Assembly (NCBI GenBank): GCA_046052125.1
Contig: JBJOMY010000004.1
Location: 192,001-256,000 of the forward strand
DNA length: 64,000 nucleotides
Reading direction: 5' to 3'
Origin: Cyanobacteriota bacterium
GTDB taxonomy: Bacteria; Cyanobacteriota; Cyanobacteriia; PCC-6307; Cyanobiaceae
Position 1 is the first letter of the stretch; each line of letters starts with the position of its first letter. The notes under the pieces are model-generated. The model saw only the letters and a program-made list of their open reading frames with translations, was not told where the DNA came from and did not search any database. Below are positions 21,355 to 32,660 of this stretch, piece by piece. The translations under genes and the position numbers were made by a program.

Positions 21355-21680
21355 GCAACCTCTCGCAAGCCCTCTGGGTGCTGCTGCTCGGCAGCCTGTT
21401 GGGGCTGGAGTTGATCGGCAAGGTGCCGCCCACCCTGCACACGCCGCTGATGAGCGGCGCCAATGCGATCAGCGGCATCACGGTGCTCGCCTCGATCACC
21501 CTGGTGGCCAACGCCGAGGGCAATCCCGCTCTGCTGATCCTGGGGTCGGTGTCCCTCGGTTTTGCCCTCTTCAACGTGATCGGCGGCTTTCTGGTCACCG
21601 ATCGGATGCTGGCGATGTTCAGCCGCAAGCCGTCCAACTCGAAAGCAACCAGCACCAAACCATCGGGAGTCGGCCAATGA
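21351..21680 (+). CDS. NAD(P) transhydrogenase alpha subunit, membrane part (PntAB)
   Basis: KVPPTLHTPLMSGANAISG, GGFLVTDRMLAMF; ATGA overlaps at both ends. Confidence 0.93.
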   Translation: MSNLSQALWVLLLGSLLGLELIGKVPPTLHTPLMSGANAISGITVLASITLVANAEGNPALLILGSVSLGFALFNVIGGFLVTDRMLAMFSRKPSNSKATSTKPSGVGQ

Positions 21681-23095
21681 ACGTGCTCGATCTGTTTGGG
21701 TATTCGATTGATCTGCTGGCGGTCTTACTGCTGGCCCTGGGCCTCAAGGGCCTCTCCACCGTTCGCTCCGCCCGCTCGGCCAATGGTCTGGCGGCCCTGG
21801 CCATGGGACTGGCGGTGCTCGGGTTGCTGCTGCAGGTGCAACCGGATCCGATCGCCTGGCTCTGGATCGCGATCGGCAGCGCGGCCGGCGGCCTGCTGGG
21901 CCTGATCACGGCGCGGCGTGTGCCGATGACCGCCATGCCCGAGACCGTGGCGCTGTTTAACGGCTGCGGCGGCATGGCGTCGCTGTTGGTGGCCCTCGCC
22001 GTCGCCCTTTACGACAGTGCCGACGCCGATCTGGTGTCGATCATCTCGATCGTGATCTCGGTGTTCGTGGGGGCGATCACTTTCAGCGGCTCGATTGCAG
22101 CGATGGGCAAGCTGCAGGGCTGGCTCGGCACCCCTGGTTGGACCCAGAGCGGCATCCGCCATGCGGTGAATATTGTTCTGGCCTTGATGGCCGTGGTGGC
22201 CGGCTTCGCGCTTCCGGCTGATCCCACCGGTTTGCCCCTCTGGCTCTTGCTGGTGGCCTCCACCCTTCTCGGCATTGGCGTCACCCTGCCCATCGGCGGG
22301 GCCGACATGCCGGTGGTGATCTCGCTGCTCAACTCCTACTCGGGTGTGGCTGCCGCCGCCGCCGGTTTCGTGGTGGGCAGTCAGCTGCTGATCGTGGCCG
22401 GCGCCATGGTGGGCGCGGCGGGTCTGATTCTCACCCAGGTGATGTGCACCGGCATGAATCGCTCGCTGGTGAGCGTGCTCTTCGGTGGGGCCCTGGGCGG
22501 CAGCGCGCCGGTGGGCGGCGGTGGTGATGAGGCGGGCTACAGCCGCATCGTGAGCTGCAGCGCCGAGGAGTGCGCCATGGCCCTGGAGAACGCCGAACGG
22601 GTGGTGTTTGTGCCTGGCTACGGCCTGGCGGTGGCCCAGGCCCAGCACGCCCTGCGGGAGCTCTCCAAGCTGCTCGAGGCCAACGGTTCTGAAGTGAGCT
22701 ACGCCATCCATCCGGTGGCGGGTCGCATGCCGGGCCACATGAACGTGCTGCTGGCGGAGGCCGATGTTCCCTACGAGCAGCTGCTCGAGATGGACACGGT
22801 GAATCCCGAGTTTCCGCGCACCGATGTGGTGATCGTGCTCGGCGCCAACGACGTGGTGAATCCCGACGCCAAAAACGACAGCACCAGTCCCCTCTATGGG
22901 ATGCCTGTGCTCGAGGTGGACCAGTCCAGGCAGGTGTTCGTGGTGAAGCGCAGCCTGGGGGCGGGCTACGCCGGCATTAAAAATGCCTTGTTTGAGCTGC
23001 CCCAGACGGCCATGGTGTTTGGCGATGCCAAGGCGGTGCTGCAGCAGCTCTGCACGGAGTTGCGCAGTCAGGGTGTCGGAAAAGTCGCTGCCTGA
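21677..23095 (+). CDS. pntB: NAD(P) transhydrogenase beta subunit
   Basis: MTAMPETVALFNG, IGGADMPVVISLLNSYSG, HPVAGRMPGHMNVLLAEA, GANDVVNP. Confidence 0.96.
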   Translation: MNVLDLFGYSIDLLAVLLLALGLKGLSTVRSARSANGLAALAMGLAVLGLLLQVQPDPIAWLWIAIGSAAGGLLGLITARRVPMTAMPETVALFNGCGGMASLLVALAVALYDSADADLVSIISIVISVFVGAITFSGSIAAMGKLQGWLGTPGWTQSGIRHAVNIVLALMAVVAGFALPADPTGLPLWLLLVASTLLGIGVTLPIGGADMPVVISLLNSYSGVAAAAAGFVVGSQLLIVAGAMVGAAGLILTQVMCTGMNRSLVSVLFGGALGGSAPVGGGGDEAGYSRIVSCSAEECAMALENAERVVFVPGYGLAVAQAQHALRELSKLLEANGSEVSYAIHPVAGRMPGHMNVLLAEADVPYEQLLEMDTVNPEFPRTDVVIVLGANDVVNPDAKNDSTSPLYGMPVLEVDQSRQVFVVKRSLGAGYAGIKNALFELPQTAMVFGDAKAVLQQLCTELRSQGVGKVAA

Positions 23096-24155
23096 ATCGG
23101 ATCTGCCCGCGGCCCTAGGGCTTGAGCCCTTCCGGCCGCGTTTGCCCTGGCTGAACGGTGATCTGCAGACCCTGCGCGACACCCTGCGCCCGGTGCCCTT
23201 GCCACCGGACCAGGGCGAGGTGGTGCAGATCCCTGTTGGTGGTGATGATCAGCTTGTGGCTCTGCTCGACCCGCCCCTGGGTGCAGCCGCGCCGAAAGCT
23301 CTTGTGCTGTTGATGCACGGCCTGGGCGGCAGCAGCTCCCGCAGCGGTCTGCGCCGCATGGGCATCACCCTGCAACACGCCGGCTTTGCGGTGCTGCGGC
23401 TAAATATGCGCGGCGCCGGCCCCGGCCGTGCGCTGGCCCGCGGCACCTACGCCGCCAGCTGCAACAGCGATCTGTTGCCCGCCCTGGCCCGGGCCAGGGA
23501 GCTGGCGGCGGGGCGGCCGCTGCTGGGAATGGGCATCTCCTTGGGGGGCACCAAGCTGTTCAATGCGCTGCTCAGAGTGCCTGGCCTGCTGGATGGCTTG
23601 GTAACGATCAGCTCACCGCTGGATCTGGCGTCCTGTTCCGAGCAGATCGAGCGCCCCCGCAATCGCCTCTACAAGCGCTGGTTGCTGCAGCGCTTGGTAG
23701 CCCAGACCCTCGCCGATCCCTTCGGGGTGAGTGAAGAGGAGCGTGAAGCGCTCGCCGGCCGCGGGCCCATGGGGCCCATGGACAGCATCCGAGCTTTCGA
23801 TGGAGCGATCACGGCACCGCGTTGGGGGTACCGCTCAGTGGATCACTACTACCGCGAAGCCAGCCCCCTGCAGCGATTGCAGGTTCGTGCAGAGGACCCC
23901 CAGCTCTCCGCACGATCCCGGTGGCCATCTCTGCTCCCGCCCACCCTGGTGGTGCACGCCATCGATGATCCGTGGGTGCCGGTGGAAGCTGCCCAGCAGC
24001 TGGCGGCTTTGAAGCTGCCCGGTGTTGAGGTGTTGCTCACCGCCGCTGGCGGCCACAACGGTTTCCATGCCCGCTGCGATGGCCGCGGCGCTGAGACCGG
24101 CAACTGGGGGGATCGGCTCACGGCCCGCTGGTTTGGGCGTTTGCTGGCCGATTAG
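23073..24155 (+). CDS. YheT-like alpha/beta hydrolase (start approximate)
   Basis: GDLQTL, HGLGGSS, GISLGG, DDPWVP, GGHNGF. Confidence 0.85.
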   Translation: MSEKSLPESDLPAALGLEPFRPRLPWLNGDLQTLRDTLRPVPLPPDQGEVVQIPVGGDDQLVALLDPPLGAAAPKALVLLMHGLGGSSSRSGLRRMGITLQHAGFAVLRLNMRGAGPGRALARGTYAASCNSDLLPALARARELAAGRPLLGMGISLGGTKLFNALLRVPGLLDGLVTISSPLDLASCSEQIERPRNRLYKRWLLQRLVAQTLADPFGVSEEEREALAGRGPMGPMDSIRAFDGAITAPRWGYRSVDHYYREASPLQRLQVRAEDPQLSARSRWPSLLPPTLVVHAIDDPWVPVEAAQQLAALKLPGVEVLLTAAGGHNGFHARCDGRGAETGNWGDRLTARWFGRLLAD

Positions 24156-24514
24156 ACCTCGGCGGGTTGATCGTTCGCCGCGGTTTCGCGGAACGGCATG
24201 CGTTTCACGATCCAGGGGTCAATCGGCGTGCCGCCGATCACGTGGTCCCGCAGGATCTGCTCAATCCGCTCGGGGGAAACGCCGCCGTAGACGATGCCCT
24301 CTGGCCAAATCAGCAACACCGGCCCTTCTGTGCAGATGCGCAGGCAGTCGGCTTTGGTGCGCAGCACGATCCCCTGCGGCCGCGCCGGATCTTCTAAGCC
24401 CCATTCGCGCACCAGGCGCTTGAGGGTGTTCCAGCTGGCCTGGCCCATGGCCGGATCTTGGCAGCAGAGCGCCTTGGCCGGCGTGGCGCAGAGCAGCAGG
24501 TGGTGAGAAATCAC
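24152..24514 (-). CDS. thioredoxin-like (2Fe-2S) ferredoxin
   Basis: HLLLCA...CC, RTKADCLRICTEGP...WPEGIVY. Confidence 0.85.
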   Translation of the reverse strand: MISHHLLLCATPAKALCCQDPAMGQASWNTLKRLVREWGLEDPARPQGIVLRTKADCLRICTEGPVLLIWPEGIVYGGVSPERIEQILRDHVIGGTPIDPWIVKRMPFRETAANDQPAEV

Positions 24515-24537
24515 AGGCGAGCTGAGCTGGCGCGCGA

Positions 24538-25788
24538 TCAGGCCGGCAGCGCAGCCGGCGTTCTCGTGTTGAGCCGGGCTGCAGCTTCACGCACCGCCTC
24601 ACGGCTCCAGGCGTCCACGGCCAGCACGTCGTCCAGAGAGGGATCGGCCTTGAGCTCGGCTTTGTGGCGATCACACACCACGTCGATTAAGCGCGGGATA
24701 TCGAGGAAGTGGATCTGTTCGTCGAGGAAGAGCGCCACGGCCTGCTCGTTAGCGGCGTTCATCACCGCCGGCATCGTGCCGCCGGCGCGGCCGGCTGCGT
24801 AAGCCAGCTCCATGCAGGGGTATTTGGCAGGGTCGGGCTTGCGGAAGGTGAGCGATCCCACTTCGGTGAGATCGAGGCGGCGCCAGGGGGTGTCCAGGCG
24901 CTCCGGCCAACTCATGCAGTAGAGGATCGGCAGCTTCATATCGGGCCAGCCCAGTTGCGCCAGCACCGACGAATCGGCCAGCTCCACCATCGAGTGGATG
25001 ATCGATTGGGGGTGGATCACGATCTCGATGTGGTCGTAATCCAGGCCGAACAGGTAGTGGGCCTCGATCACCTCCAGGCCCTTGTTCATCAGGGAGGCGG
25101 AATCCACCGTGATCTTGCGGCCCATGCTCCAGTTGGGGTGACTGGTGGCATCGGCCACGGTGGCCTTGTGCAGATCAGCGGCGTCCCAGTCGCGGAAGGC
25201 CCCACCGCTGGCGGTGAGCTGGATGCGGCGCAGACCGGGGGTTGGCACGCCGGTGCTCAGGCGTGCGGTGTCGGCCCAGGGGGTGCCCTGCAGGCACTGG
25301 AAGATGGCGGAGTGCTCGGAATCGGCAGGGAGCAGGCGCGAGCCGGATTTCGCCAGCTCTGGCAGCACTACCGGGCCTGCAGCGATCAGGGTTTCCTTGT
25401 TGGCCAGGGCCAGATCCTTGCCGGCGCGAATTGCAGCGAGGGTGGGCAGCAGGCCGGCGCAGCCCACGATGCCGGTGACAACCAGATCAGCCGTGGGCCA
25501 GGCGGCGGCGGTGCAGATCCCATCGGGTCCGCCCACCAGCTCGGGCAGCTTGGCCGGCTTGGCTGAGGATTCCAGGGCTTCGAGGCGGGCGCGCAGCTCG
25601 GCCACGCGCTCGGCATCAGCCAGGGCTACCACTTCAGGGGCGTGGCGCTGGATCTGGCTGATCAGCAGATCGAGGTTGTTGCCGGCCGTGAGGGCCACCA
25701 CCCGGAAGCGATCGGGGAAGTCCTCCACGATCTCGAGCGTTTGCGTGCCGATCGAACCGGTGGAGCCGAGCACGGAGAGGGCTTTCAC
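24538..25788 (-). CDS. dxr: 1-deoxy-D-xylulose-5-phosphate reductoisomerase
   Basis: [45 protein letters not shown]. Confidence 0.97.
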   Translation of the reverse strand: MKALSVLGSTGSIGTQTLEIVEDFPDRFRVVALTAGNNLDLLISQIQRHAPEVVALADAERVAELRARLEALESSAKPAKLPELVGGPDGICTAAAWPTADLVVTGIVGCAGLLPTLAAIRAGKDLALANKETLIAAGPVVLPELAKSGSRLLPADSEHSAIFQCLQGTPWADTARLSTGVPTPGLRRIQLTASGGAFRDWDAADLHKATVADATSHPNWSMGRKITVDSASLMNKGLEVIEAHYLFGLDYDHIEIVIHPQSIIHSMVELADSSVLAQLGWPDMKLPILYCMSWPERLDTPWRRLDLTEVGSLTFRKPDPAKYPCMELAYAAGRAGGTMPAVMNAANEQAVALFLDEQIHFLDIPRLIDVVCDRHKAELKADPSLDDVLAVDAWSREAVREAAARLNTRTPAALPA

Positions 25789-25869
25789 GGCTGGATCGGC
25801 GAACGGCGCGGCCAGTCTCCCACTGCCTCGAGCCGGTAGGGCTTAACTGGCCTGAGCAAGGAGCCCCCC

Positions 25870-26085
25870 ATGGCCTCAGGACCCCAGTGGCTGCAGCGCT
25901 GGAATTTCATCGAGCGCGCCCGGCTGGAGCGTCAGCTCTGGGATGCCTTTGAGCGTGGCGAGCCGATCGAGCAGCTGGTGGAGCAGTGCGAACCCGGCTT
26001 CCAGAAGGAGGTGTGGAGCACCACGGCCGTGCGGATTCGCAAGATCGAGGAGATGATGCGCTCCCAGCAGAACCCGAAGGGCTGA
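25870..26085 (+). CDS. hypothetical protein (71 aa)
   Basis: AAGGAG ribosome-binding site upstream of the ATG; host-like codon usage. Confidence 0.75.
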   Translation: MASGPQWLQRWNFIERARLERQLWDAFERGEPIEQLVEQCEPGFQKEVWSTTAVRIRKIEEMMRSQQNPKG

Positions 26086-26092
26086 GCTGAGT

Positions 26093-27544
26093 TCAGCTGC
26101 GCAGCCAGTCGGTGAGGCCGCCGGGTTTGTCGATTAGTTCGATGCCCTGGGCCTTGAGCTCATCGCGGATCCGATCGGCGGCAGCGAAATCGCGGGCGGC
26201 CTTGGCGGCTTTGCGGGCTTCGATCTGGGCTTCGATCTCGGCATCGCTGGGCCCGGCAGCGTCGGGTGAACCAGCCTGGGCTTCAGCCGTTTCGTGCCGC
26301 AGGCCCAACACGCTTGCCAGCTCCTGCAGCAGAGCAGCCTGGGCGATCAGCTCTGGCGTGCTGGCTTCGGCTTGGGCGTTGGTATCGCCCCGCTCAAGCC
26401 GGTTGGACAGGGCCCGCAGCGGTTTGGCCAGCTCGAACAGCACCGCCAGGGCGGCGGAGGTGTTGAGGTCATCGTCCATGGCCGCGGCGAAACGCTGGCG
26501 GGCTTCGGCGAGGGGGGCTGGCAGCTCGGCGGCTGCAGCTGTGGCGTTTGCGCTAAGGGTCAGGGCGGCATTGAGGCCTTTCCAGCCGGTGGACGCGGCG
26601 TCGAGCGCTTCGGCGGTGAAGTCGAGCGGTTTGCGGTAGTGGGCCTGGAGGGTGAACAGGCGCAGCGTCATCGGGGAGACGCCCGAATCAAGCAGGGCGC
26701 GGATCGTGGTGAAGTTGCCGAGCGATTTGCTCATCTTCTGGCCGCCCACGTTCACCATGCCGTTGTGCAGCCAGTAGTGGGCCAGCTCTTTGCCGGTGGC
26801 CGCTTCCGACTGGGCAATCTCGTTCTCGTGGTGCGGGAACACCAGATCGGCGCCCCCGAGATGGATGTCGATCGTGTCGCCCAGCTCCTCGCGCACCATC
26901 GCTGAACACTCGATGTGCCAACCCGGCCGCCCCTGGCCCCAGGGGGAGGGGAAGCTGGGTTCGCCCGGTTTGGCTCCTTTCCAAAGGGCGAAATCAAAGG
27001 GGTGTTGCTTGCGGGCTTCTTCCTCGGAGGCCACGCGGCCGGCGGCGTTGTCCTGCTGCTGCTCAAGGTCGCGGCCGCTGAGCTTGCCGTAGCCGGAGTG
27101 CTTCATCACGGCGAAATACACATCGCCATCGGCGGAGTAGGCGGCGCCTTTGGCCTCCAGTTCGCTGATCAGGGCCCGGATCGCTTCGAGGCTGCGGGTG
27201 GCCCGCGGCATGCGGTCCGCCGGAAGGATGTTGAGCCGCGTCATGTCGGCCACGAAGGCCTCGATGTTGCGCTCGCTCACCGCCTCCATCGAGCTGCCTT
27301 CCTCGGCGGCGCGGTTGAGGATCTTGTCGTCGATGTCGGTGTAGTTCTGCACGAACGTCACCGCATAGCCGCTCCAGCGCAGGTAGCGGCGCAGCACATC
27401 CCAGGCGATGTAGCTGCGGGCATGGCCCAGGTGGCAGAGGTCATACACCGTGACCCCGCAGCAGTAGATGCTCACCTTGCCGGGCTCGATCGGCCGGAAC
27501 TCCTCAACACGGCGCGTGAGGGTGTTGGTGAGCTTGAGGGTCAT
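26093..27544 (-). CDS. cysS: cysteine--tRNA ligase
   Basis: [33 protein letters not shown]. Confidence 0.97.
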   Translation of the reverse strand: MTLKLTNTLTRRVEEFRPIEPGKVSIYCCGVTVYDLCHLGHARSYIAWDVLRRYLRWSGYAVTFVQNYTDIDDKILNRAAEEGSSMEAVSERNIEAFVADMTRLNILPADRMPRATRSLEAIRALISELEAKGAAYSADGDVYFAVMKHSGYGKLSGRDLEQQQDNAAGRVASEEEARKQHPFDFALWKGAKPGEPSFPSPWGQGRPGWHIECSAMVREELGDTIDIHLGGADLVFPHHENEIAQSEAATGKELAHYWLHNGMVNVGGQKMSKSLGNFTTIRALLDSGVSPMTLRLFTLQAHYRKPLDFTAEALDAASTGWKGLNAALTLSANATAAAAELPAPLAEARQRFAAAMDDDLNTSAALAVLFELAKPLRALSNRLERGDTNAQAEASTPELIAQAALLQELASVLGLRHETAEAQAGSPDAAGPSDAEIEAQIEARKAAKAARDFAAADRIRDELKAQGIELIDKPGGLTDWLRS

Positions 27545-27555
27545 CGAGCTGGGGC

Positions 27556-30546
27556 TTACTTGGCTTCCATCCAGTTGGGGCCGACGCCCGTTTCCACCAG
27601 CAGGGGAACGGACAGCTCAACCGCGCGCTCCATGGTTTCACGCGTGAGGCTCAGCACCTGATCGAGGGCTTCGGGTGCCGCTTCCAGCACCAGTTCGTCG
27701 TGCACCTGAAGCAGTAGGCGTGCCGGCAGGCCGCTGGCCACGAGTTTGTGGTGAAGCTGCACCATCGCCAGCTTGATGATGTCGGCGCTGGAGCCCTGGA
27801 TCGGAGCGTTGGCGGCGGCGCGCAGCTGCTGGGCCTCCATGCCGCCGCGGCGGGCCACCTCCAGATCGATCTCGAGCGGATCCTTGCCGAGCAGGCGGCC
27901 CAGGCCGGAAGGATCGAAGGCGAATGGCCGCCGGCGCCCCAGGATCGTTTCCACGTAGCCGCGGCTCAGGGCCAGCCGTTCCTGCAGCTCCAGGAAGGCA
28001 AACACCTTCGGGTAGCGCTGTTTGTACTTGCTCAGAAACTCCTTGGCCTGCGCCTGGCTCACGCCGGTTTCGCGGGCGAAGCGCTGGGCGCCCATGCCGT
28101 AGATCACGCCGAAGTTGATCGTTTTGCCCAGGCGGCGCTCATCGGCGCTCACCTCGTCTTTCTCCAGCAGCAAGCGGGCGGTGAGGGCGTGCACGTCGTC
28201 GCCGTTGCGGTACGCCTCCACCAGCACTTCCTCGCCCGAGAGGTGGGTGAGGATCCGCAGCTCGATCTGGGAATAGTCGGCGCTGATCAGTTGCCAGCCG
28301 GCTTCCGGCAGGAAGGCTTTGCGGATGCGGCGCGAGAACTCCGTGCGGATGGGGATGTTCTGCAGGTTGGGGTTGCTGCTGGAGAGGCGGCCCGTGGCCG
28401 TCACGGCCTGGTTGAAATCGGTGTGCACCCGGCCGGTTTCCGGCTCCATCAGCGCCGGCAGGGCGTCCACGTAGGTGCTCTTGAGCTTGCTGAGGGTGCG
28501 GTGCTCCAGCACCAGCGGCACCACCGGGTGGGCGTCTTCCAGCTTCTCGAGCACGGCGGCATCGGTGCTCCAGCCGGTTTTGGTCTTGCGCGATTTCTTG
28601 CGATCGAGCCCGAGGGTGTCGAACAGCAGTTCGCCCAGCTGCTTGGGTGAGGCGAGGTTGAATTCGGTGCCGGCGGCCGCCTTGGCCTCCCCCTCGAGAC
28701 GCTCGAGAGTTTGGGCGAGCTCCTGGCTGAGCTCACCGAGATAGGCGGTGTCGATGCGGATCCCGGTGGCCTCCATGAGAGCCAGCACCGGCTCCAAGGG
28801 CAGTTCCACTTGATCGAGCAGCGCCGGCAGTTGCGGCCCGAGCTCCGCAAGTTGGGCGCGCAGCAGCGGCGTCAAACGCCAGGTCACGTGCACGTCCATG
28901 CCGCAATAAAGAGCGGCTTGCTCGATCGGCACGGAGGAGAAATTGGCGCCCTTGGGCACCAGTTCGTTGTAGCTGGTGGGCAGGAAGCCGAAGTTCCGCT
29001 GGGCCAGCAGTTCCAGGCCGTGCTTGGCGTTGGCATCGCGCAGGTAATCGGCGAGCAGCGTGTCCATCACCACGCCTTCGAGGGGTAGGCCGTGGCGCAG
29101 CAGGATCAGCCGGTCGTATTTGGCGTTCTGCAGCGTTTTGGGGTGCTGGCTGCTGCCCAGCCAGGGGGCCAGGGCCGTCAGCACCTGATCGAGGGGGAGC
29201 TGCGCTGGAGGCGGGTTGAGCAGATCGCCGCTGCTGCCGCTCTGGTGGCCGATCGGGATATAGGCCAGCTCGCTGACGCCCTCGCCCCAAGCCACGCCCA
29301 CACCCACCAGTTCCGCCTGGAACGGGTTGAGGCTGGTGGTTTCGGTGTCGAGCGCGATCGGCCGGGTTGGATCGGTGCTGGCCAGCAAGCGCTGCATCAG
29401 CGCCGCCAGGTCTTCCGGGCTGGTGATCAGCTGCGGCTCTAGGACCGGCGCCTCACTGCTGGAGGCGCTGGTGGTTGCCGCGGCGGCGGGGGCTGCAGTT
29501 GGCGGTTCAGCGCTGTCTGCCTTGGGCGCGCTGTCCGCGATCCGGGTGGCCGGTGTTTCCGCCGAGAACACCTCGGCGAACTGGTTCACCTGACGGCGCA
29601 GGCTGAACAGCTCCAGCTCTTCGAGGCTCTCGGCCAGGGCTTCGGCGTTCACGGCGCCCAGCTCCAGGCGTGGTTCCTGGGGCAGGGGAATATCCACCAG
29701 GATTTCGGCGAGCATGCGCGAGCGGTAGGCGCTTTCGCGGTCAGCGTCGAGCTTGCCCAGCAGGGCACCCTTCAGCACACCCTTGGGATCCTTCGCCTTC
29801 GGCCCGGCGGCCTGGAGCTCCGCCAGGGCTCCGTAGATGCCATCGAGGTTGGTGTAGGCCTGCAGCAGGTTGATGGCGGTTTTGGGACCCACACCCTTCA
29901 CGCCAGGGATGTTGTCGCTGCTGTCGCCGGTGAGGGCCTTGAGGTCCACCACCTCTTCGGGGGTGACGCCGAGCTTGGCCACCACGCCCTCACGGCGGAT
30001 CTCGAGCGGCCCGCTGCTTTTGGCGTAGGGCCCGCCCCCCATGTAGAGCACGGCGATATCGCGCTGATCGTCCACCAGCTGGAACAGGTCGCGATCACCC
30101 GAGAGGATGCGCACCCGCCAGCCGCTGTTGGCAGCGCGGTTCGCCAGGGTGCCCAGCACGTCGTCGGCTTCGTAGCCAGGCGCCATGCAGAGGGGAATAT
30201 CGAGCGCCTGCTGCAGGATCTGCTGCAGATTGCCCAGGTCTTGAAAGAAGTGCTCCGGGGCTTCGTCGCGGTGGGCCTTGTAGGCCTCATCGGCCTCGTG
30301 GCGGAAGGTGGGTTCGGCCGTGTCGAAGGCGATCACCACCCCCTGCGGCGACAGGCCCTTGCAGTTGTCGAGCAGGGCCTTGAGGAAGCCGTAGGTCACC
30401 GAGGTGGGCACGCCTTCCTTGGTGCTCAGGCCGCCTTCGCCGCCTTTGCTGAAGGCGTAAAAGCTGCGGAAGGCCAGGGAGTGGCCATCCACCAGCAGCA
30501 ACAGGGGTTGGCCGTTCGCTGAAACCCCGCTCGCTGCGCCCGCCAC
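27556..30546 (-). CDS. polA: DNA polymerase I (start approximate; frame open to 30612)
   Basis: 5' nuclease ([26 protein letters not shown]), 3'-5' exonuclease (DTETT, NAKYD, YCGMD), polymerase motifs [23 protein letters not shown]. Confidence 0.97.
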   Translation of the reverse strand: MAGAASGVSANGQPLLLLVDGHSLAFRSFYAFSKGGEGGLSTKEGVPTSVTYGFLKALLDNCKGLSPQGVVIAFDTAEPTFRHEADEAYKAHRDEAPEHFFQDLGNLQQILQQALDIPLCMAPGYEADDVLGTLANRAANSGWRVRILSGDRDLFQLVDDQRDIAVLYMGGGPYAKSSGPLEIRREGVVAKLGVTPEEVVDLKALTGDSSDNIPGVKGVGPKTAINLLQAYTNLDGIYGALAELQAAGPKAKDPKGVLKGALLGKLDADRESAYRSRMLAEILVDIPLPQEPRLELGAVNAEALAESLEELELFSLRRQVNQFAEVFSAETPATRIADSAPKADSAEPPTAAPAAAATTSASSSEAPVLEPQLITSPEDLAALMQRLLASTDPTRPIALDTETTSLNPFQAELVGVGVAWGEGVSELAYIPIGHQSGSSGDLLNPPPAQLPLDQVLTALAPWLGSSQHPKTLQNAKYDRLILLRHGLPLEGVVMDTLLADYLRDANAKHGLELLAQRNFGFLPTSYNELVPKGANFSSVPIEQAALYCGMDVHVTWRLTPLLRAQLAELGPQLPALLDQVELPLEPVLALMEATGIRIDTAYLGELSQELAQTLERLEGEAKAAAGTEFNLASPKQLGELLFDTLGLDRKKSRKTKTGWSTDAAVLEKLEDAHPVVPLVLEHRTLSKLKSTYVDALPALMEPETGRVHTDFNQAVTATGRLSSSNPNLQNIPIRTEFSRRIRKAFLPEAGWQLISADYSQIELRILTHLSGEEVLVEAYRNGDDVHALTARLLLEKDEVSADERRLGKTINFGVIYGMGAQRFARETGVSQAQAKEFLSKYKQRYPKVFAFLELQERLALSRGYVETILGRRRPFAFDPSGLGRLLGKDPLEIDLEVARRGGMEAQQLRAAANAPIQGSSADIIKLAMVQLHHKLVASGLPARLLLQVHDELVLEAAPEALDQVLSLTRETMERAVELSVPLLVETGVGPNWMEAK

Positions 30547-30611
30547 CCGTTGCTCCTGATCCGGTGGGGCCAGCCTGGCAGAGCCCCTTGATGGTCTGTC
30601 AGGGTTGCGCA

Positions 30612-31139
30612 ATGGCCCTTTTGCGTCAGGCCGCCTTCAGCGCCGATCGCCGTCACCGCTGGTGGCTGCAACGCAGCTGGAACCTCGATCAGCCGCAGCT
30701 GCTGTTCATCGGCCTGAATCCTTCCCGTGCCGATGCCGACCGCGACGACCCCACCCTGCGGCGGCTGATCGGCTTTGCCCGCGCCTGGGGCTTCGGTGGA
30801 CTGGAGGTGGTGAATCTGTTCGCCCGCTGCTCCGCCAGTCCGGCCGTGTTGCGGCGCAGCGCCGATCCCGTGGGCTGCGAGAACGATCAGTGGTTGCAGC
30901 GGAGTTTGGCCAGCGCTGATGCGCTCTGGCTTGGCTGGGGCAATGGCGGTGCCTGGCGCCAGCGGGATCAGCAGGTGCTGGATCTCTTGACGCCGCAGCT
31001 CCGTGCCGCGATGCCGCTCCTGGCTGTGGGGCTCACCGCCAGCGGCCAGCCCCGCCATCCGCTCTACGCCCCGGCCGCTGCGCAGCCCTTGCGCCTGAAG
31101 CATCCTGGGGATGTGCGCCCGCTCGCTGCCTGCCGCTGA
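30612..31139 (+). CDS. DUF1643-like protein
   Basis: FSADRRHRWWLQRSW, FIGLNPSRAD...DDPTLRR, VVNLFA, GWG, PRHPLY pattern. Confidence 0.8.
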   Translation: MALLRQAAFSADRRHRWWLQRSWNLDQPQLLFIGLNPSRADADRDDPTLRRLIGFARAWGFGGLEVVNLFARCSASPAVLRRSADPVGCENDQWLQRSLASADALWLGWGNGGAWRQRDQQVLDLLTPQLRAAMPLLAVGLTASGQPRHPLYAPAAAQPLRLKHPGDVRPLAACR

Positions 31140-31387
31140 TGGCTCGAACCCCCAGTCGCTACGCGATCCATCTGCTGCTGGCCGGCGGACATGCCCAGGT
31201 GGTGCACTTCCCCAGCCTCGATGCCTTTCAGCAGTGGTACGGCACGGTGCTCAACGCCGGCCCTGCTGACGCGTTCATCAACGTGCCGATCACCGAGCTC
31301 CCCGGGGAATACCTGGTGGTGAGGCCCTCGGCCGTACAGGGCATCCGCGTAGAGCCCATCTACGGTTCCCTGGATGATGAATTCTGA
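31139..31387 (+). CDS. hypothetical protein (82 aa)
   Basis: TGATG coupling to the upstream ORF; overlaps the antiporter start. Confidence 0.75.
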   Translation: MARTPSRYAIHLLLAGGHAQVVHFPSLDAFQQWYGTVLNAGPADAFINVPITELPGEYLVVRPSAVQGIRVEPIYGSLDDEF

Positions 31388-32660
31388 ACTGGTCTGGGGA
31401 GCCTCCTTCTTCTCAGGCTCCCTGGCCCAGTTGATCGCGCAGCTCAGCGGTCTGCCTGCCGTCGTGTTGTTGCTCGCCCTGGGCCTGGTGGTGGGTCAGG
31501 CGGGCCTGCATCTGGTGCAGCCGGAAACGCTTGGGGCCGGCCTTGAGCCGCTGGTGGGCCTGCTGGTGAGCCTGGTGCTCTTCGATGGCGGCCTCAACCT
31601 GCGCCTTGCTGGCAAGGAGCTCCAGCGCACGGTGATTCAGCTGGTGCTGGTGCGGCTGGTGCTGGGTCTGGTGGGTGGTGCTGTGCTCGCCCACTACCTG
31701 GCGGGTCTGAGCTGGCCTCTGGCCTGGGTGTTCGGGGCGATTGCGCTGGCCACCGGCCCCACGGTGATTTCACCGATGGTGAAGCAGATGCGGCTGCAGA
31801 GCGGCCTGGCCCGTGTGCTGGATGCGGAGGGATTGATCCTTGAGCCCACGGCGGCGGTGCTGGCTTTGCTGCTGCTCCAGCTCGCCCTCGGGGATCTCTC
31901 CCATTTGCAGGACGTGGCAAGCCTGCTGGTGTTGCGCCTGGGTGGTGGCGCCCTGCTCGGGGCGTTGGCGGGTTGGGTGCTGGTGCTGGTGCTCGAGCGG
32001 CTGCCCCAGGAGGCGGAGGGCCTGCAGCTGCAGGTGTCGCTTGGGGTGCTCTTCCTAGTGGTGGCGGGAACGCAAACGCTGCTGCCAGAAGCGGGTTTCC
32101 CTGCGGCGGTGATGGCCGGGGTGGTGGTGGGGCTGCGCCTGGACCAGCAGGCCAGCCAGCTCGATGAGCTGATCGCCCAGCTGGCGCAGCTGGCGATCAC
32201 GGTGTTGTTTCCGCTCTTGGCGGCCGACCTCTCCTGGAGTGAGCTCAGCCCGCTGGGCTGGGGCGGTGTGGCTTGCGTGTTTGCCCTGATGCTTTACCGC
32301 TGGGTGGTGGTGCAGTTCGCCGGCCTGGGACTGAGCTTTCTGCGCTGGCCGGACAAGTTGATGCTCAGTTGGGTGGCACCGCGCGGCATCGTGACCGCCG
32401 CTGTGGCCAGCCTGTTTGCCCTCGAGCTGGAGGCGGCCGGGGTGCAGGGAGCAGGGGCCCTCAAGGGCCTGGTCTTCCTCACGATCCTGCTCACCGTTGT
32501 GGTGCAGGGCTTCAGTGCCCCGCTGCTGGCCCAGAAACTCGGCTTGGTGGAGCCGGAAGCGCCGTTAGAGACTGCGCTCGATGCGGCCGCGAGCCTCGCC
32601 GCTGGGTTGGAGCAGCAGCCAGGTGGTGAGCAGGTCGGGACCTTGAAGGCTGCCGAGTAG
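31374..32660 (+). CDS. CPA1/NhaP-like cation:proton antiporter
   Basis: many hydrophobic segments, [21 protein letters not shown]. Confidence 0.88.
   Translation: MMNSELVWGASFFSGSLAQLIAQLSGLPAVVLLLALGLVVGQAGLHLVQPETLGAGLEPLVGLLVSLVLFDGGLNLRLAGKELQRTVIQLVLVRLVLGLVGGAVLAHYLAGLSWPLAWVFGAIALATGPTVISPMVKQMRLQSGLARVLDAEGLILEPTAAVLALLLLQLALGDLSHLQDVASLLVLRLGGGALLGALAGWVLVLVLERLPQEAEGLQLQVSLGVLFLVVAGTQTLLPEAGFPAAVMAGVVVGLRLDQQASQLDELIAQLAQLAITVLFPLLAADLSWSELSPLGWGGVACVFALMLYRWVVVQFAGLGLSFLRWPDKLMLSWVAPRGIVTAAVASLFALELEAAGVQGAGALKGLVFLTILLTVVVQGFSAPLLAQKLGLVEPEAPLETALDAAASLAAGLEQQPGGEQVGTLKAAE

Noticed and set aside
20203..21680. Split pntA as a possible frameshift or pseudogene
   Set aside because: The three-gene pntAA/pntAB/pntB layout is an established architecture, and the ATGA overlaps are clean
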